Shown piece by piece: positions 48,617-57,975 of a DNA stretch of 64,000 bases. The position numbers were made by a program, and so were the translations under genes. Numbering within the stretch: position 1 is the stretch's first letter; the number at the start of each line of letters is the position of its first letter. The notes beneath the pieces are model-generated. The model saw nothing but the letters and a program-made list of their open reading frames with translations. It had not been told where the DNA came from and made no database searches. This stretch comes from a virus (taxonomy: Duplodnaviria; Caudoviricetes): positions 38,424-102,423 of IMG/VR virus record IMGVR_UViG_3300032330_002177. One strand, written 5' to 3'.

Positions 48617-48639
48617 ATTATAATAAAAAAGCGAAAGTT

Positions 48640-48840
48640 ATGAATATAAGTTTAGTTAATGAAGCATTTGGTTTATTTATTGAAACACTTCCATTAGAAA
48701 ATATGGATAGTACTCATCTAAAATTTGAAGAATTATATGAAAAAGAGTGTAGAATATATACTTTATTTCGTCAAATGAATGAAGAAGAATTAGTTGAATA
48801 TCGTAGAAGATTAATGAAATTTAATGGTGACCGCGTTTAA
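48640..48840 (+). CDS. hypothetical protein
   Basis: 66 aa ORF. Confidence 0.7.
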   Translation: MNISLVNEAFGLFIETLPLENMDSTHLKFEELYEKECRIYTLFRQMNEEELVEYRRRLMKFNGDRV

Positions 48841-48853
48841 TTCACTAAATTTA
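48828..48853 (+). promoter_or_regulatory. conserved early-type promoter
   Basis: TGACC-N13-TAAATTTA. Confidence 0.75.
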
Positions 48854-48876
48854 TTATATAAATAAAAATAAAAGTT

Positions 48877-49047
48877 ATGAAAGAAAAAACACACACAAAA
48901 TTACAAGTAATGCAAGAATTAGCTGATATTATTATTGCAAAGAATAAAGCCAAATGGTCTAAAAGCTCTGACGACAGAATTGAAGCATTTGAAGCAGCTT
49001 ATAACGATGAAGCTAAATTGACTAAATTACTTACACCAAAAGCATAA
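48877..49047 (+). CDS. 56 aa protein (not in ORF track)
   Basis: AAAGTT-ATG context after promoter. Confidence 0.65.
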   Translation: MKEKTHTKLQVMQELADIIIAKNKAKWSKSSDDRIEAFEAAYNDEAKLTKLLTPKA

Positions 49048-49076
49048 TATACTAAAAATTATAAAAAATAAAAGTT

Positions 49077-49298
49077 ATGAATCCTTACATCGACATTGAC
49101 GGTAAAGACCGTTCACTAGAAGTTGAAAATGAATTTTCACCAACATTAGAAGATATTAAAAATGATCCTGAATTTTACGCTGAACTAGTTAATGATTTAA
49201 TGTTTCATTGGGTGTATGGAACACGTGAAACACCATTAATGAATAAAGCAAAAAAAATATTAATCGCTCATAATTTTAATTTTAAAATAAATCAATAA
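49077..49298 (+). CDS. hypothetical protein
   Basis: 73 aa ORF. Confidence 0.7.
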   Translation: MNPYIDIDGKDRSLEVENEFSPTLEDIKNDPEFYAELVNDLMFHWVYGTRETPLMNKAKKILIAHNFNFKINQ

Positions 49299-49303
49299 AG
49301 TCT

Positions 49304-49396
49304 ATGAAAGTACTAGATGATATAGGACCAGAATATGATTCAGCTGGATTCACAGAAGAAGATCGTGTTGTAGATGGACAATATATAAACATTTAA
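49304..49396 (+). CDS. 30 aa acidic microprotein (not in ORF track)
   Basis: MKVLDDIGPEYDSAGFTEEDRVVDGQYINI. Confidence 0.55.
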   Translation: MKVLDDIGPEYDSAGFTEEDRVVDGQYINI

Positions 49397-49408
49397 AATA
49401 AATAAGTT

Positions 49409-49564
49409 ATGAATATGAGTAAAGTCAAAGTAATGATTGAATCAGCATTCACAAAAAGAGATGCTATGAATATGTTAGAAACTTGGAAAATATTCAAAGG
49501 TTTATCAGAAGTTGATTATCAAAAAGGTAGAGAACTTATTAGAAAACAATTTGATAAAAAATAA
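49409..49564 (+). CDS. 51 aa protein (not in ORF track)
   Basis: AAGTT-ATG context. Confidence 0.6.
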   Translation: MNMSKVKVMIESAFTKRDAMNMLETWKIFKGLSEVDYQKGRELIRKQFDKK

Positions 49565-49569
49565 AAGTT

Positions 49570-49851
49570 ATGAGCACAAACAAAATTGATATGATTAAAT
49601 GTACGTTGAATAGTAGATGGATGACTGCTATTGAGAGAGCTTATATTATGATAATCTCACCTACTGGTAACTATGTAAGAATTGATAAAAAGAATATGGG
49701 CAAACTGACTGATCCTCAAAGGGAATTAATGTGGAAATGTGCTAACGCTTACAATAGCACATCCAATAATACAATCGAATTGACTAAGAGTGAAATGAGT
49801 GAGCTTATTACTATGGGTAATATAGCTGGTTATTTATATAAGAAAAAATAA
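49570..49851 (+). CDS. hypothetical protein
   Basis: 93 aa ORF. Confidence 0.7.
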   Translation: MSTNKIDMIKCTLNSRWMTAIERAYIMIISPTGNYVRIDKKNMGKLTDPQRELMWKCANAYNSTSNNTIELTKSEMSELITMGNIAGYLYKKK

Positions 49852-49865
49852 AAAATAAATAAGTT

Positions 49866-50351
49866 ATGAAAGTAATATCAATTCCCGACCCAATAATGGG
49901 TACTCGTAAGAAGTTTGTAGTAGAAGAAAATGAAAGTGAATTGCTAAATTTTCAACCAGGTATAGAAGTATTACCAGCAATGTATCATGAATCTGTTAAT
50001 TCAGGTAACTATTATTATGTTAAATTACATGAACCAGGTGAAAAATCTTGGAAAGATGGTGGACATGAATGTATAGATGAAAATGGATTTATGAGAGCGT
50101 TTCATTTAGATTCACTAATTGTACATCCAAAAACATTTAAGAAACAACCAAAACTTAAAGAAAAATCAAATAATTCAACTACAGGTAAACGTGGACGTCC
50201 AAAAATGGATCCAACTCTTAAAAAAACAGCAACAGTTTATGTTAAAACTGGTGGAAAAAAAGGCAGACCTAAAAAAGATCCATCAGAACTTAAATCAATT
50301 GTGTATGTTAAAACAGGTGGTAAACGTGGTCGCCCAAAGAAAAATAGTTAA
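49866..50351 (+). CDS. protein with three C-terminal AT-hook repeats
   Basis: GKRGRPK, GKKGRPK, GKRGRPK. Confidence 0.8.
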   Translation: MKVISIPDPIMGTRKKFVVEENESELLNFQPGIEVLPAMYHESVNSGNYYYVKLHEPGEKSWKDGGHECIDENGFMRAFHLDSLIVHPKTFKKQPKLKEKSNNSTTGKRGRPKMDPTLKKTATVYVKTGGKKGRPKKDPSELKSIVYVKTGGKRGRPKKNS

Positions 50352-50365
50352 TATTTATTGGTAGT

Positions 50366-51121
50366 ATGAAATTACTCGATATTTTAAAAGAAATTGCACA
50401 AAAACCAAAAGCTATATTTTTAGCTGGCCCAGCTGGCGCTGGAAAATCATTTATTGCTAAACAACTCCCACTATCTCAATTCCAAGTTATAAACATTGAT
50501 GATACTTACGAAGAATTGTTGAAAGCATCAGGAATAGGCATGAAACAGAAGGATTTTAATCCAGATCAATTGTCTCAATCCGCTAAATTAATGGCACAAG
50601 CGCAAAAAGCAACTAGAGAAAAATACGCTAACGCATTAGAGAATCTTAATGATATTATCATTGATGGAACTGGCGCTGCTTCACGTCCTTTATTGAAGAA
50701 AAAACAAGAATTAGAAGATTTAGGATATGAAACTTTAATGTTGATGATATGGGTCTCACCAATAACATCATTAGAACGTAACGCTAATAGAGATCGTTCT
50801 TTATTACCAAGTATTGTGTTAAGAACGTGGAGAGATATTAATCAAAACATAGAAACATACGAACAAGCATTTGGAGATAATTTTATTATAGTAAATAATG
50901 ATCCAAAAGACGCTGAGACTAATTTTGATGAAAAAGAAATAAAAACTAGATTTTTTGACACATCTTTAGCTAAAGGTAAACCAAAAACACCGGAAGAAAT
51001 AGCTAAATTAAAAGCAGATAAAGAAGAATTAAACAATACTATTAAATTATTAATTCAAAAACAACCTAAATTTACATCTATTGAAGATGCTAAATCAAAA
51101 ATACAAACATTCACTAAATGA
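50366..51121 (+). CDS. P-loop kinase (zeta-toxin/AAA_33-like) with leader peptide
   Basis: GPAGAGKS, IIIDGT, SLERNANRDR. Confidence 0.8.
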   Translation: MKLLDILKEIAQKPKAIFLAGPAGAGKSFIAKQLPLSQFQVINIDDTYEELLKASGIGMKQKDFNPDQLSQSAKLMAQAQKATREKYANALENLNDIIIDGTGAASRPLLKKKQELEDLGYETLMLMIWVSPITSLERNANRDRSLLPSIVLRTWRDINQNIETYEQAFGDNFIIVNNDPKDAETNFDEKEIKTRFFDTSLAKGKPKTPEEIAKLKADKEELNNTIKLLIQKQPKFTSIEDAKSKIQTFTK

Positions 51122-51468
51122 TCAAATTATTAGACATATTAACTGAAACTTTATCAAGTAAATATATCGGCAGCTGTGTTGATGTAGGAGGAAATAAAGC
51201 AGAAGTATGCCGTTACTTTCCTAACGCTTCAACAATGGCTACTTATGTAGGAAATCCAGATGAGAATGATTGGGGTATGAGTAAAGAACTAAATAAAGAT
51301 GAATTTTATAAATTTATAGATCCAAGTAAAGTTTCATCAAATGTAACAAAAGGTAAACATACATTTCATTATATAGATACTGGAGGATATGGACCTGAAG
51401 GAGCAGCTATATTTTTTATATATAATTGGGATCAAGATATACATTATTTTTTTAAAAGAGGAAAATGA
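51118..51468 (+). CDS. hypothetical protein with leader peptide
   Basis: MIKLLDILTE. Confidence 0.7.
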   Translation: MIKLLDILTETLSSKYIGSCVDVGGNKAEVCRYFPNASTMATYVGNPDENDWGMSKELNKDEFYKFIDPSKVSSNVTKGKHTFHYIDTGGYGPEGAAIFFIYNWDQDIHYFFKRGK

Positions 51469-53039
51469 TTGAATTAAAAACCATATTACAACAAATAAAC
51501 GAAGACGATCAACCAGATAAAAGTCCTAGTATATGTTATTATCCAGGAGGTTTTAAACCACCACATGAAGGACATTATGAAGTTGTAAAAGATTTAGCTT
51601 CACGTCCTGATGTTACTAAAGTAATAGTATTAATAGGACATAAGGAACGTGGTGGTATAACTAAAGAAATGAGTAAAAAGATTTGGGATTTATATCTTCA
51701 AATCCAACCAATGTCTCAAGTGACAGTTAGAATAGCTGAAAATCCATCACCAGTTAAAGATATTTTTTCAATAATGGATGACGATTTAGAATTAAGAGCT
51801 AGAGTCGCTGGTACTGACGGTGAAGAAGATATTCAAGGTTATTTTGATTCATTAACTAAAGCATTTGGTGACAGGATTATACCAGTAAAAGTTGAGCCAA
51901 AACTAATAACACAAGGAAAAAGAGCATCAGGTACACAAACACGTGAATATATTACTCAACTTAAAAAATCAATTCTTAAGTTACGCTCTATACAAGATAA
52001 AAACTCAACAGAATATTCTAAAGCTAGAAATGAATATTTAACTACATATAAAATAGTACAAGGATGTTTTCCTGATTTTGTAACTCAAAAAGGAAAATTT
52101 GATGAGGTACTTAATATACTAGGAATACCTGTATTGAATGAAGAAGATTTACAAGAAAATTTATTCACTATAAATTGGTGGAAACAAGTCTTAAAAGAAG
52201 AAGAAAATGAAGCAGATGTTATAGATGATTTTATTAAATTCACTACAGAAATTCTTGAATTACAAAAAATACCAAAAATAACTTTTGTAGATGATTCTGA
52301 AATAGCTAAAAGTATGCACTCATTAGGAGCCTATAATTCAGGTACTGATGAATTACTTATTGTTAAATCAAATAGATTAACAGCGGATATTTTACGTACA
52401 TTAGCTCATGAATTAGTTCATTTAAAACAAGATGAATTAGGAATGATAGAACCTGATTCTGGTGAAACAGGATCACCTATTGAAAATGAGGCGAATGCCG
52501 CGGCGGGTGTTTTATTAAGACAGTTTGGTAAATATCGTCCTGAAATATTTGAAAAATTAACAGAAGGAGAAGAAAAAAAACAATATAAAATATATTGTGA
52601 TATGGATGGTGTATTAGTTGATTTTGATAAAGCGTATTTTGACTTAACAGGTGAGAGAGCGAGTTTTAATACTGATCCTAAAAAATTCTGGGAACCAATA
52701 AACAAAGCAGGAGCTTCATTTTGGATTAAAATGAAATGGATGCCTGACGGAAAACAACTTTGGAATTATATTAAACCATACAATCCAGAATTATTATCAG
52801 CACCTTCATATCAAGAATCATCTAAAATAGGTAAATATATTTGGGTGAAACAAAACATACCAAGCACTAAACTTATATTACGCGCGGCAGATCGTAAACA
52901 GGAATTTGCAACACCAAACACTATATTAATTGATGATAGAGCGGATAATATTCAAAGATGGAATGATGCAGGTGGTATAGGAATACACCATACATCAGCT
53001 GAAAGTACAATAAAACAATTAAAAGATTTAGGATTGTGA
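51465..53039 (+). CDS. three-domain fusion: HIGH-type nucleotidyltransferase, zincin, HAD 5'(3')-nucleotidase
   Basis: PGGFKPPHEGH; LAHELVH...ENEANA; CDMDGVLVDF...LIDDR. Confidence 0.85.
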   Translation: MIELKTILQQINEDDQPDKSPSICYYPGGFKPPHEGHYEVVKDLASRPDVTKVIVLIGHKERGGITKEMSKKIWDLYLQIQPMSQVTVRIAENPSPVKDIFSIMDDDLELRARVAGTDGEEDIQGYFDSLTKAFGDRIIPVKVEPKLITQGKRASGTQTREYITQLKKSILKLRSIQDKNSTEYSKARNEYLTTYKIVQGCFPDFVTQKGKFDEVLNILGIPVLNEEDLQENLFTINWWKQVLKEEENEADVIDDFIKFTTEILELQKIPKITFVDDSEIAKSMHSLGAYNSGTDELLIVKSNRLTADILRTLAHELVHLKQDELGMIEPDSGETGSPIENEANAAAGVLLRQFGKYRPEIFEKLTEGEEKKQYKIYCDMDGVLVDFDKAYFDLTGERASFNTDPKKFWEPINKAGASFWIKMKWMPDGKQLWNYIKPYNPELLSAPSYQESSKIGKYIWVKQNIPSTKLILRAADRKQEFATPNTILIDDRADNIQRWNDAGGIGIHHTSAESTIKQLKDLGL

Positions 53040-53713
53040 TTAAATTAATAGACATATTATTAGAAATTAAAAAAATAACTACAGATCAATCTGTAATTTT
53101 TGGTGTTGAACATAATAATATGAATAATGTTAAGCAAGTTATAAATTATGTTATTAAAAATTTTTCACCTGAAGATAAAGTAGTATTTGTAGGAGAAGGA
53201 GGAGATGCTAATAATAATTATGTTCCTGGAAGTGAACAAGAAGCTATATATTTAAAATTACAAGATTATTTTAATAATATAGAAAATGATTCTTGGGATG
53301 GTGAAGATTTTGATGTAACTAATCCAAATGCTTATGTGTTTAAAATAGTTAAATCAATGACTGGCTTATCAAAAGATCAAACTCAAGCAGCTATATACGC
53401 CGCTATGGTAGGCCAAGACCAAGATCCAAATGAAGTTAAATCATTATTAACTCCAAAGGGAATACAATGGTTACAAAAATATAATATTCAAAACCCAGAA
53501 AATCCAAATCTACAAGATAAAACATTAATGTATAATTTATCTTTTCCTCAAGATACAGGTTCAGAAACTCAAGAAATTTCGCGAGCTATTGACGCTTACA
53601 ATAAAGCAAGAGATAAAAATTTAATTAAAAAAATAAAAGAATATGAAAGTAGAGGTTATAAAGTAATAGCATCTGCGGGTAAAGATCATATTGATTTAAT
53701 AAGTTCGTTATGA
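53036..53713 (+). CDS. possible TraB/ChaN/EreA-fold protein with leader peptide
   Basis: FGVEH...GEG...RD...AGKDH. Confidence 0.5.
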   Translation: MIKLIDILLEIKKITTDQSVIFGVEHNNMNNVKQVINYVIKNFSPEDKVVFVGEGGDANNNYVPGSEQEAIYLKLQDYFNNIENDSWDGEDFDVTNPNAYVFKIVKSMTGLSKDQTQAAIYAAMVGQDQDPNEVKSLLTPKGIQWLQKYNIQNPENPNLQDKTLMYNLSFPQDTGSETQEISRAIDAYNKARDKNLIKKIKEYESRGYKVIASAGKDHIDLISSL

Positions 53714-54285
53714 GTGAAAATAATTTAAAAAAAGAATTCTCTAAACGTGATGTTCAGAGAATGAGAAACATCATCACCGGTAATGCTGGAAATGCTACTG
53801 GTACTCAAATAGGATATTCAAAACAATCTCAAGATTATCAAGAAGGTGATACATGGGAGGAAAATGGTAAACAATGGACTATTAAAAATGGCATTAAACA
53901 AACTGTAACTAAATTTGATAAACTCAAAAAATTAGTTACATTCCCTTTAGTATGCCCAGAATGTTCTAAACCAATGAAATCAAATGATTTAAATAGAAAA
54001 ATGTATACTATCCATACAAAATGTTTTGATTGTGTGGTTGAAATGGAAGCTAAAATTAAAAGAGAAGGAAAGTGGGATGAGTATGAGAAAGGGATGTTGA
54101 ATAAAAATAAAAACGCTATGGTAGATGATTTTGAAGCATCTATTGAAGAATTTTATAAAATGCAATCCGAATCATATTTTACAGAAGCAGGTGATTTAGA
54201 ATCATGGAGTGGTGGTAAAATTAATGAGGAAGAGATAAAAAATGTTAAAGAATATATAAAGAAGTTGCGTGAACATGAACTATAA
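53710..54285 (+). CDS. zinc-ribbon-containing protein
   Basis: CPEC...CFDC. Confidence 0.7.
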   Translation: MSENNLKKEFSKRDVQRMRNIITGNAGNATGTQIGYSKQSQDYQEGDTWEENGKQWTIKNGIKQTVTKFDKLKKLVTFPLVCPECSKPMKSNDLNRKMYTIHTKCFDCVVEMEAKIKREGKWDEYEKGMLNKNKNAMVDDFEASIEEFYKMQSESYFTEAGDLESWSGGKINEEEIKNVKEYIKKLREHEL

Positions 54286-54323
54286 AATATTTATTATTAG
54301 TTATTTATAATAATTTTTCACAA

Positions 54324-54947
54324 ATGATAAGTTTATTTACGTTACAGCATATTATTTCTTTCGTATCAGGAGTTATAGTTCCTATTATTGTTGTTTTAAT
54401 TAATAAAAAAATAGAAGCTAAAAAATTAATAGCAACTGATAAATTAGCTCAAGAGTTACAAACATCTATTATTATAGATAATAAATTAGATTCATTAAAA
54501 ACTGAATTTAGTGCGGATAGAATATGGATAACACAATTTCATAATGGTGGTCATTATTATCCAACAGGTAAATCAATACAAAAATTTAGTATATTCTATG
54601 AAGTAGTTGAATACGGTGTTGATTCAATTAAAATGATGTTCCAAAATATCCCAGTTTCATTATTTTCACGCTCAACTAATCAACTTCTAGAAAAAGATTA
54701 TATAGCAATTCCAGATTTTAAAGATGAAACAGTAGCTACATATGGTTTAAAATATACCGCTGATGAAACTGGTTGTAAAAGTACTTACATATTTGGTATA
54801 TTTGATATTAATAATAGAATGATAGGTACATTAGGTGTTGAATATGTTAAGCGTAAAAAAACACTTGAATCTTCTGATATACAAATTCTCGAAATTGAAG
54901 CAGCTCAAATAGGTGGTGTACTTCATAATCACTTAATTAAAAATTAA
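54324..54947 (+). CDS. TM plus GAF-like protein, candidate T4 T-type holin
   Basis: one N-terminal TM; ADRIWITQFHNG...IGTLGVEY. Confidence 0.55.
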   Translation: MISLFTLQHIISFVSGVIVPIIVVLINKKIEAKKLIATDKLAQELQTSIIIDNKLDSLKTEFSADRIWITQFHNGGHYYPTGKSIQKFSIFYEVVEYGVDSIKMMFQNIPVSLFSRSTNQLLEKDYIAIPDFKDETVATYGLKYTADETGCKSTYIFGIFDINNRMIGTLGVEYVKRKKTLESSDIQILEIEAAQIGGVLHNHLIKN

Positions 54948-54996
54948 TTTATTTATTATTTTGTCAATATTTATGTAGGAAAAAAACTACATAATT

Positions 54997-55569
54997 ATGC
55001 CATACACTCGTAAAGGAAACTGTGTTTATAAAGAAACCGGTAAAAAAATGGGCTGTTCTAAAGATGCCTCTGCCGCGGAAAAATACATGAGTGCGTTATA
55101 CGCCGCTGAAAAAGGAAATATTAAAGAAGGATACGAACCAGAAACAATTGATCCAAACCAACCAGAACTAGCCATAACTGTTGATTTACCTAATCCAACA
55201 CAGTTAATGGCTAATTTTATTTCAACATTATTCTCATCACGTACACAAGCTCATATCTTCCATTTGCAAGTTAAAGGATTAGGTGCATTTGCAGCTCATA
55301 AAGCATTAAATGAATATTATGATGAAATTATAGGTTTAGCTGATGGTATTGCTGAATCATATCAAGGTCGTTATGATATTATCACAGGATATAAAGGTGA
55401 AGGACAATGGCTTGAAACTAATGGTGTGATTAAATATTTTGAAGCTCTTTGCATGTATGTTGAAAAAAACCGTGTTTCTCTAGTCCAAGATTCATATATT
55501 CAAAATCAAATAGATGAGGTAGTTGCTTTAATTGAGTCAACTAAATACAAATTAATAAATCTTCAGTAA
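54997..55569 (+). CDS. ferritin/Dps-like protein
   Basis: HIFHLQ...AHKALNEYYD...DGIAESYQG. Confidence 0.75.
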   Translation: MPYTRKGNCVYKETGKKMGCSKDASAAEKYMSALYAAEKGNIKEGYEPETIDPNQPELAITVDLPNPTQLMANFISTLFSSRTQAHIFHLQVKGLGAFAAHKALNEYYDEIIGLADGIAESYQGRYDIITGYKGEGQWLETNGVIKYFEALCMYVEKNRVSLVQDSYIQNQIDEVVALIESTKYKLINLQ

Positions 55570-55943
55570 TGAGAATTCGCATAAAAGAAGAAGAAGACTT
55601 TACACCAATAGAAAAACCAGATGCTCCTAAACCAGCATCTAAGCAATTTCAAATATTAGCATCAATGATCACTAATACTAAAGAAAATGATCAAACTAAT
55701 ATTCTATCTGCTATGCGTGCTTTACCAGGTGTAACAATTGTTAACTCACAAGCTTCCACTCCAGGAGCTAATACAGAAGGACAATTAAGATATCAAACAA
55801 ATGTAGATATTAAAATTGATACTCATGCTTTAGAAGGCGATGTTAAAGCCGCTATTAAAAAAATTATAGAAGATATTAAAAAAATACCTGGTGTAGTTGA
55901 ATTTAAAGTATCACCAAAAGCAACAGTAACAAAACCATATTAA
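55569..55943 (+). CDS. hypothetical protein, ferredoxin-like repeat
   Basis: RALPGV and KKIPGV. Confidence 0.65.
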   Translation: MRIRIKEEEDFTPIEKPDAPKPASKQFQILASMITNTKENDQTNILSAMRALPGVTIVNSQASTPGANTEGQLRYQTNVDIKIDTHALEGDVKAAIKKIIEDIKKIPGVVEFKVSPKATVTKPY

Positions 55944-55944
55944 T

Positions 55945-56310
55945 ATGAAATTAATAGATATTCTAACAGAAGCATTTGCTGCTAATTCAAAACTAGCAAA
56001 CGCTTTATTGTTTATGAAAAAAAACGCTGAACAAGTATATCAAGATGAACCAGAAATAATGTCAGCTATGAATGACGTGAAATCATCTGGATTATCATCA
56101 AAAGATGTATTTACTTTTGCTAGTTTATTTCCAAGAGATAGTTTCAAAGTAGATGATATTCGTAGTGGTAAATTAGAAGCTCAAATAAGTAGAATTTATT
56201 TTGGAGGAAGTGCAACAGAAGCTTTAAACAAAGCTAAAGCATTAAAAGCTTTTTTATTAGCATTTGATAATCATCATGGTGGAGATAAAAATTGGTATAA
56301 AGGATATTAA
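55945..56310 (+). CDS. hypothetical protein with leader peptide
   Basis: MKLIDILTE. Confidence 0.7.
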   Translation: MKLIDILTEAFAANSKLANALLFMKKNAEQVYQDEPEIMSAMNDVKSSGLSSKDVFTFASLFPRDSFKVDDIRSGKLEAQISRIYFGGSATEALNKAKALKAFLLAFDNHHGGDKNWYKGY

Positions 56311-56320
56311 AAAATAAAAT

Positions 56321-56971
56321 ATGAATCAAATCCAATTAAGAGAACATATTGAAAAAATCATTAACTATGTAGGCCAAGAATATAATCATGGTCCTAAATT
56401 AGTTATGAATGAATCTAAAAAACCTGTCTTCATTTCTGAAGGCATGTTTTATCATATCGAGAATAACTTACCACTTAACGAATCAATATATCGTCCTCAA
56501 TCAGCAATGTTTTTAAAATTATTTGTTGAAGCTAGAAACTTATATAATGATAAGCGTTTAGTATTATGTGAAGCGGATAAATACTATTTTGACAATACAG
56601 ACATAGGTACATTTGGTGAATATAATGGTATTACAGTACCTTTAGATTTACCTCTAACTGAGGAATTTTTAACAGAAGCATTAAATGAAGAAGATAAAAA
56701 ACAACCTGCTTTAGGTAAACCAAAGCGTGGTGGTTCTAAGAAGTTTTATGTGTATGTTAAGAAAGGAGATAAAGTAAAAAAAGTATCATTTGGTATGGCA
56801 GGTGGAGGATTAAGAGCAAAACTTAACAATCCAGAGGCAAGACGAGCATTTTCAAAAAGAATGAATTGTCCTAAAGCAACAGATAGAACAACAGCTCGTT
56901 ATTGGAGTTGCCGCTTACCTCGCTACGCTAAATTATTAGGATTTAAAACTACATTTTCAGGATACTGGTAA
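56321..56971 (+). CDS. two-part protein with basic C-terminal domain
   Basis: KPKRGGSKKFYVYVK...KVSFG...ARYWSC. Confidence 0.75.
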   Translation: MNQIQLREHIEKIINYVGQEYNHGPKLVMNESKKPVFISEGMFYHIENNLPLNESIYRPQSAMFLKLFVEARNLYNDKRLVLCEADKYYFDNTDIGTFGEYNGITVPLDLPLTEEFLTEALNEEDKKQPALGKPKRGGSKKFYVYVKKGDKVKKVSFGMAGGGLRAKLNNPEARRAFSKRMNCPKATDRTTARYWSCRLPRYAKLLGFKTTFSGYW

Positions 56972-56981
56972 AAAATAAACA

Positions 56982-57974
56982 ATGAAATTAATAGACATTC
57001 TAAAAGAATTAAATGAATTAAGCCTACAAAGAGGTCATGCTAGCCATACATCATCATCTGATTTAAGTATAGAAGGTATGATAACTTTCCTTTCAGCTAA
57101 AGGTATGGATAAATATGATTTTGAAGATGACATTAAAAAAAATACTTTAGTTGAACCTTTAATTAATGATCTTTTAGCTAAAACAACCCCAGTAGCTGAA
57201 AACGGACAATATAAATTACTTTTAAAAGTACAATCTGGTGAGAGTAAATTTTACTTAATTAATACTCAAGCACCAACAGTTGATATGGTGTTTGTTGGTA
57301 TCATGAAATTAGAAAAATACGATGAAGGATTTATGTATAATCCACAAACAGCATTTAATTTAAAAATGTTTCAAGTACATTGGTCTAATGTTGGTTTAGG
57401 ATATAGAGGAAAAGGATTAGGTAAAGTAATGTATACTTTAGTTTATCAATATCTGTCTAGCAAAGGATACGCTATGGCGAGTGACGGCATGTTATTTGAA
57501 GGAAGTTCAGGCATGTGGAGAACATATATGCCAGGTATAGCTAAATATTTTGGTGTTATAATGCGTGATATATTATTACCTGTAACTAAAGCTGATGTAG
57601 CTGATACTTCATTAGTTGAAAATGCTGATTTAGATGGATTTGTCGCTATGGAAAATCCACCAAAACTTATCCGTAAATTAGCTTATAATGTTGAAGGTTT
57701 ATCATTTGCTAGAGGTGAATATGGTGTTACAACTATATTTGGAACTGATGTAGAGGAAGAAGCACCAGAATTTTTTGATCAACCATTTATAGATGCTGTT
57801 GATGAAGGTGAATTTAATTCACTTAAAGATTTAGTTAAACAAGTTGGTAAATATCATACCATCAAAACAGCTACAGGTAATCCAAAAAATCTTAAATGTT
57901 TAATATTATCATTTTCAAATGCTATTATAGCCGCTAAACAAGTAGGAGATAGATTAGTACTTCAAGTAATATAA
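56982..57974 (+). CDS. GNAT-like acetyltransferase with leader peptide
   Basis: YRGKGLGKVMY...ASD...GMW. Confidence 0.65.
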   Translation: MKLIDILKELNELSLQRGHASHTSSSDLSIEGMITFLSAKGMDKYDFEDDIKKNTLVEPLINDLLAKTTPVAENGQYKLLLKVQSGESKFYLINTQAPTVDMVFVGIMKLEKYDEGFMYNPQTAFNLKMFQVHWSNVGLGYRGKGLGKVMYTLVYQYLSSKGYAMASDGMLFEGSSGMWRTYMPGIAKYFGVIMRDILLPVTKADVADTSLVENADLDGFVAMENPPKLIRKLAYNVEGLSFARGEYGVTTIFGTDVEEEAPEFFDQPFIDAVDEGEFNSLKDLVKQVGKYHTIKTATGNPKNLKCLILSFSNAIIAAKQVGDRLVLQVI

Positions 57975-57975
57975 T

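Noticed and set aside
6495-50364. Nested + strand alternate-frame ORFs (6495, 35842, 50119)
   Set aside because: They lie inside well-supported genes and have no independent signals
50366-51468. Zeta toxin-antitoxin pair
   Set aside because: No epsilon-like antitoxin; both ORFs instead share the leader peptide of the cargo cluster
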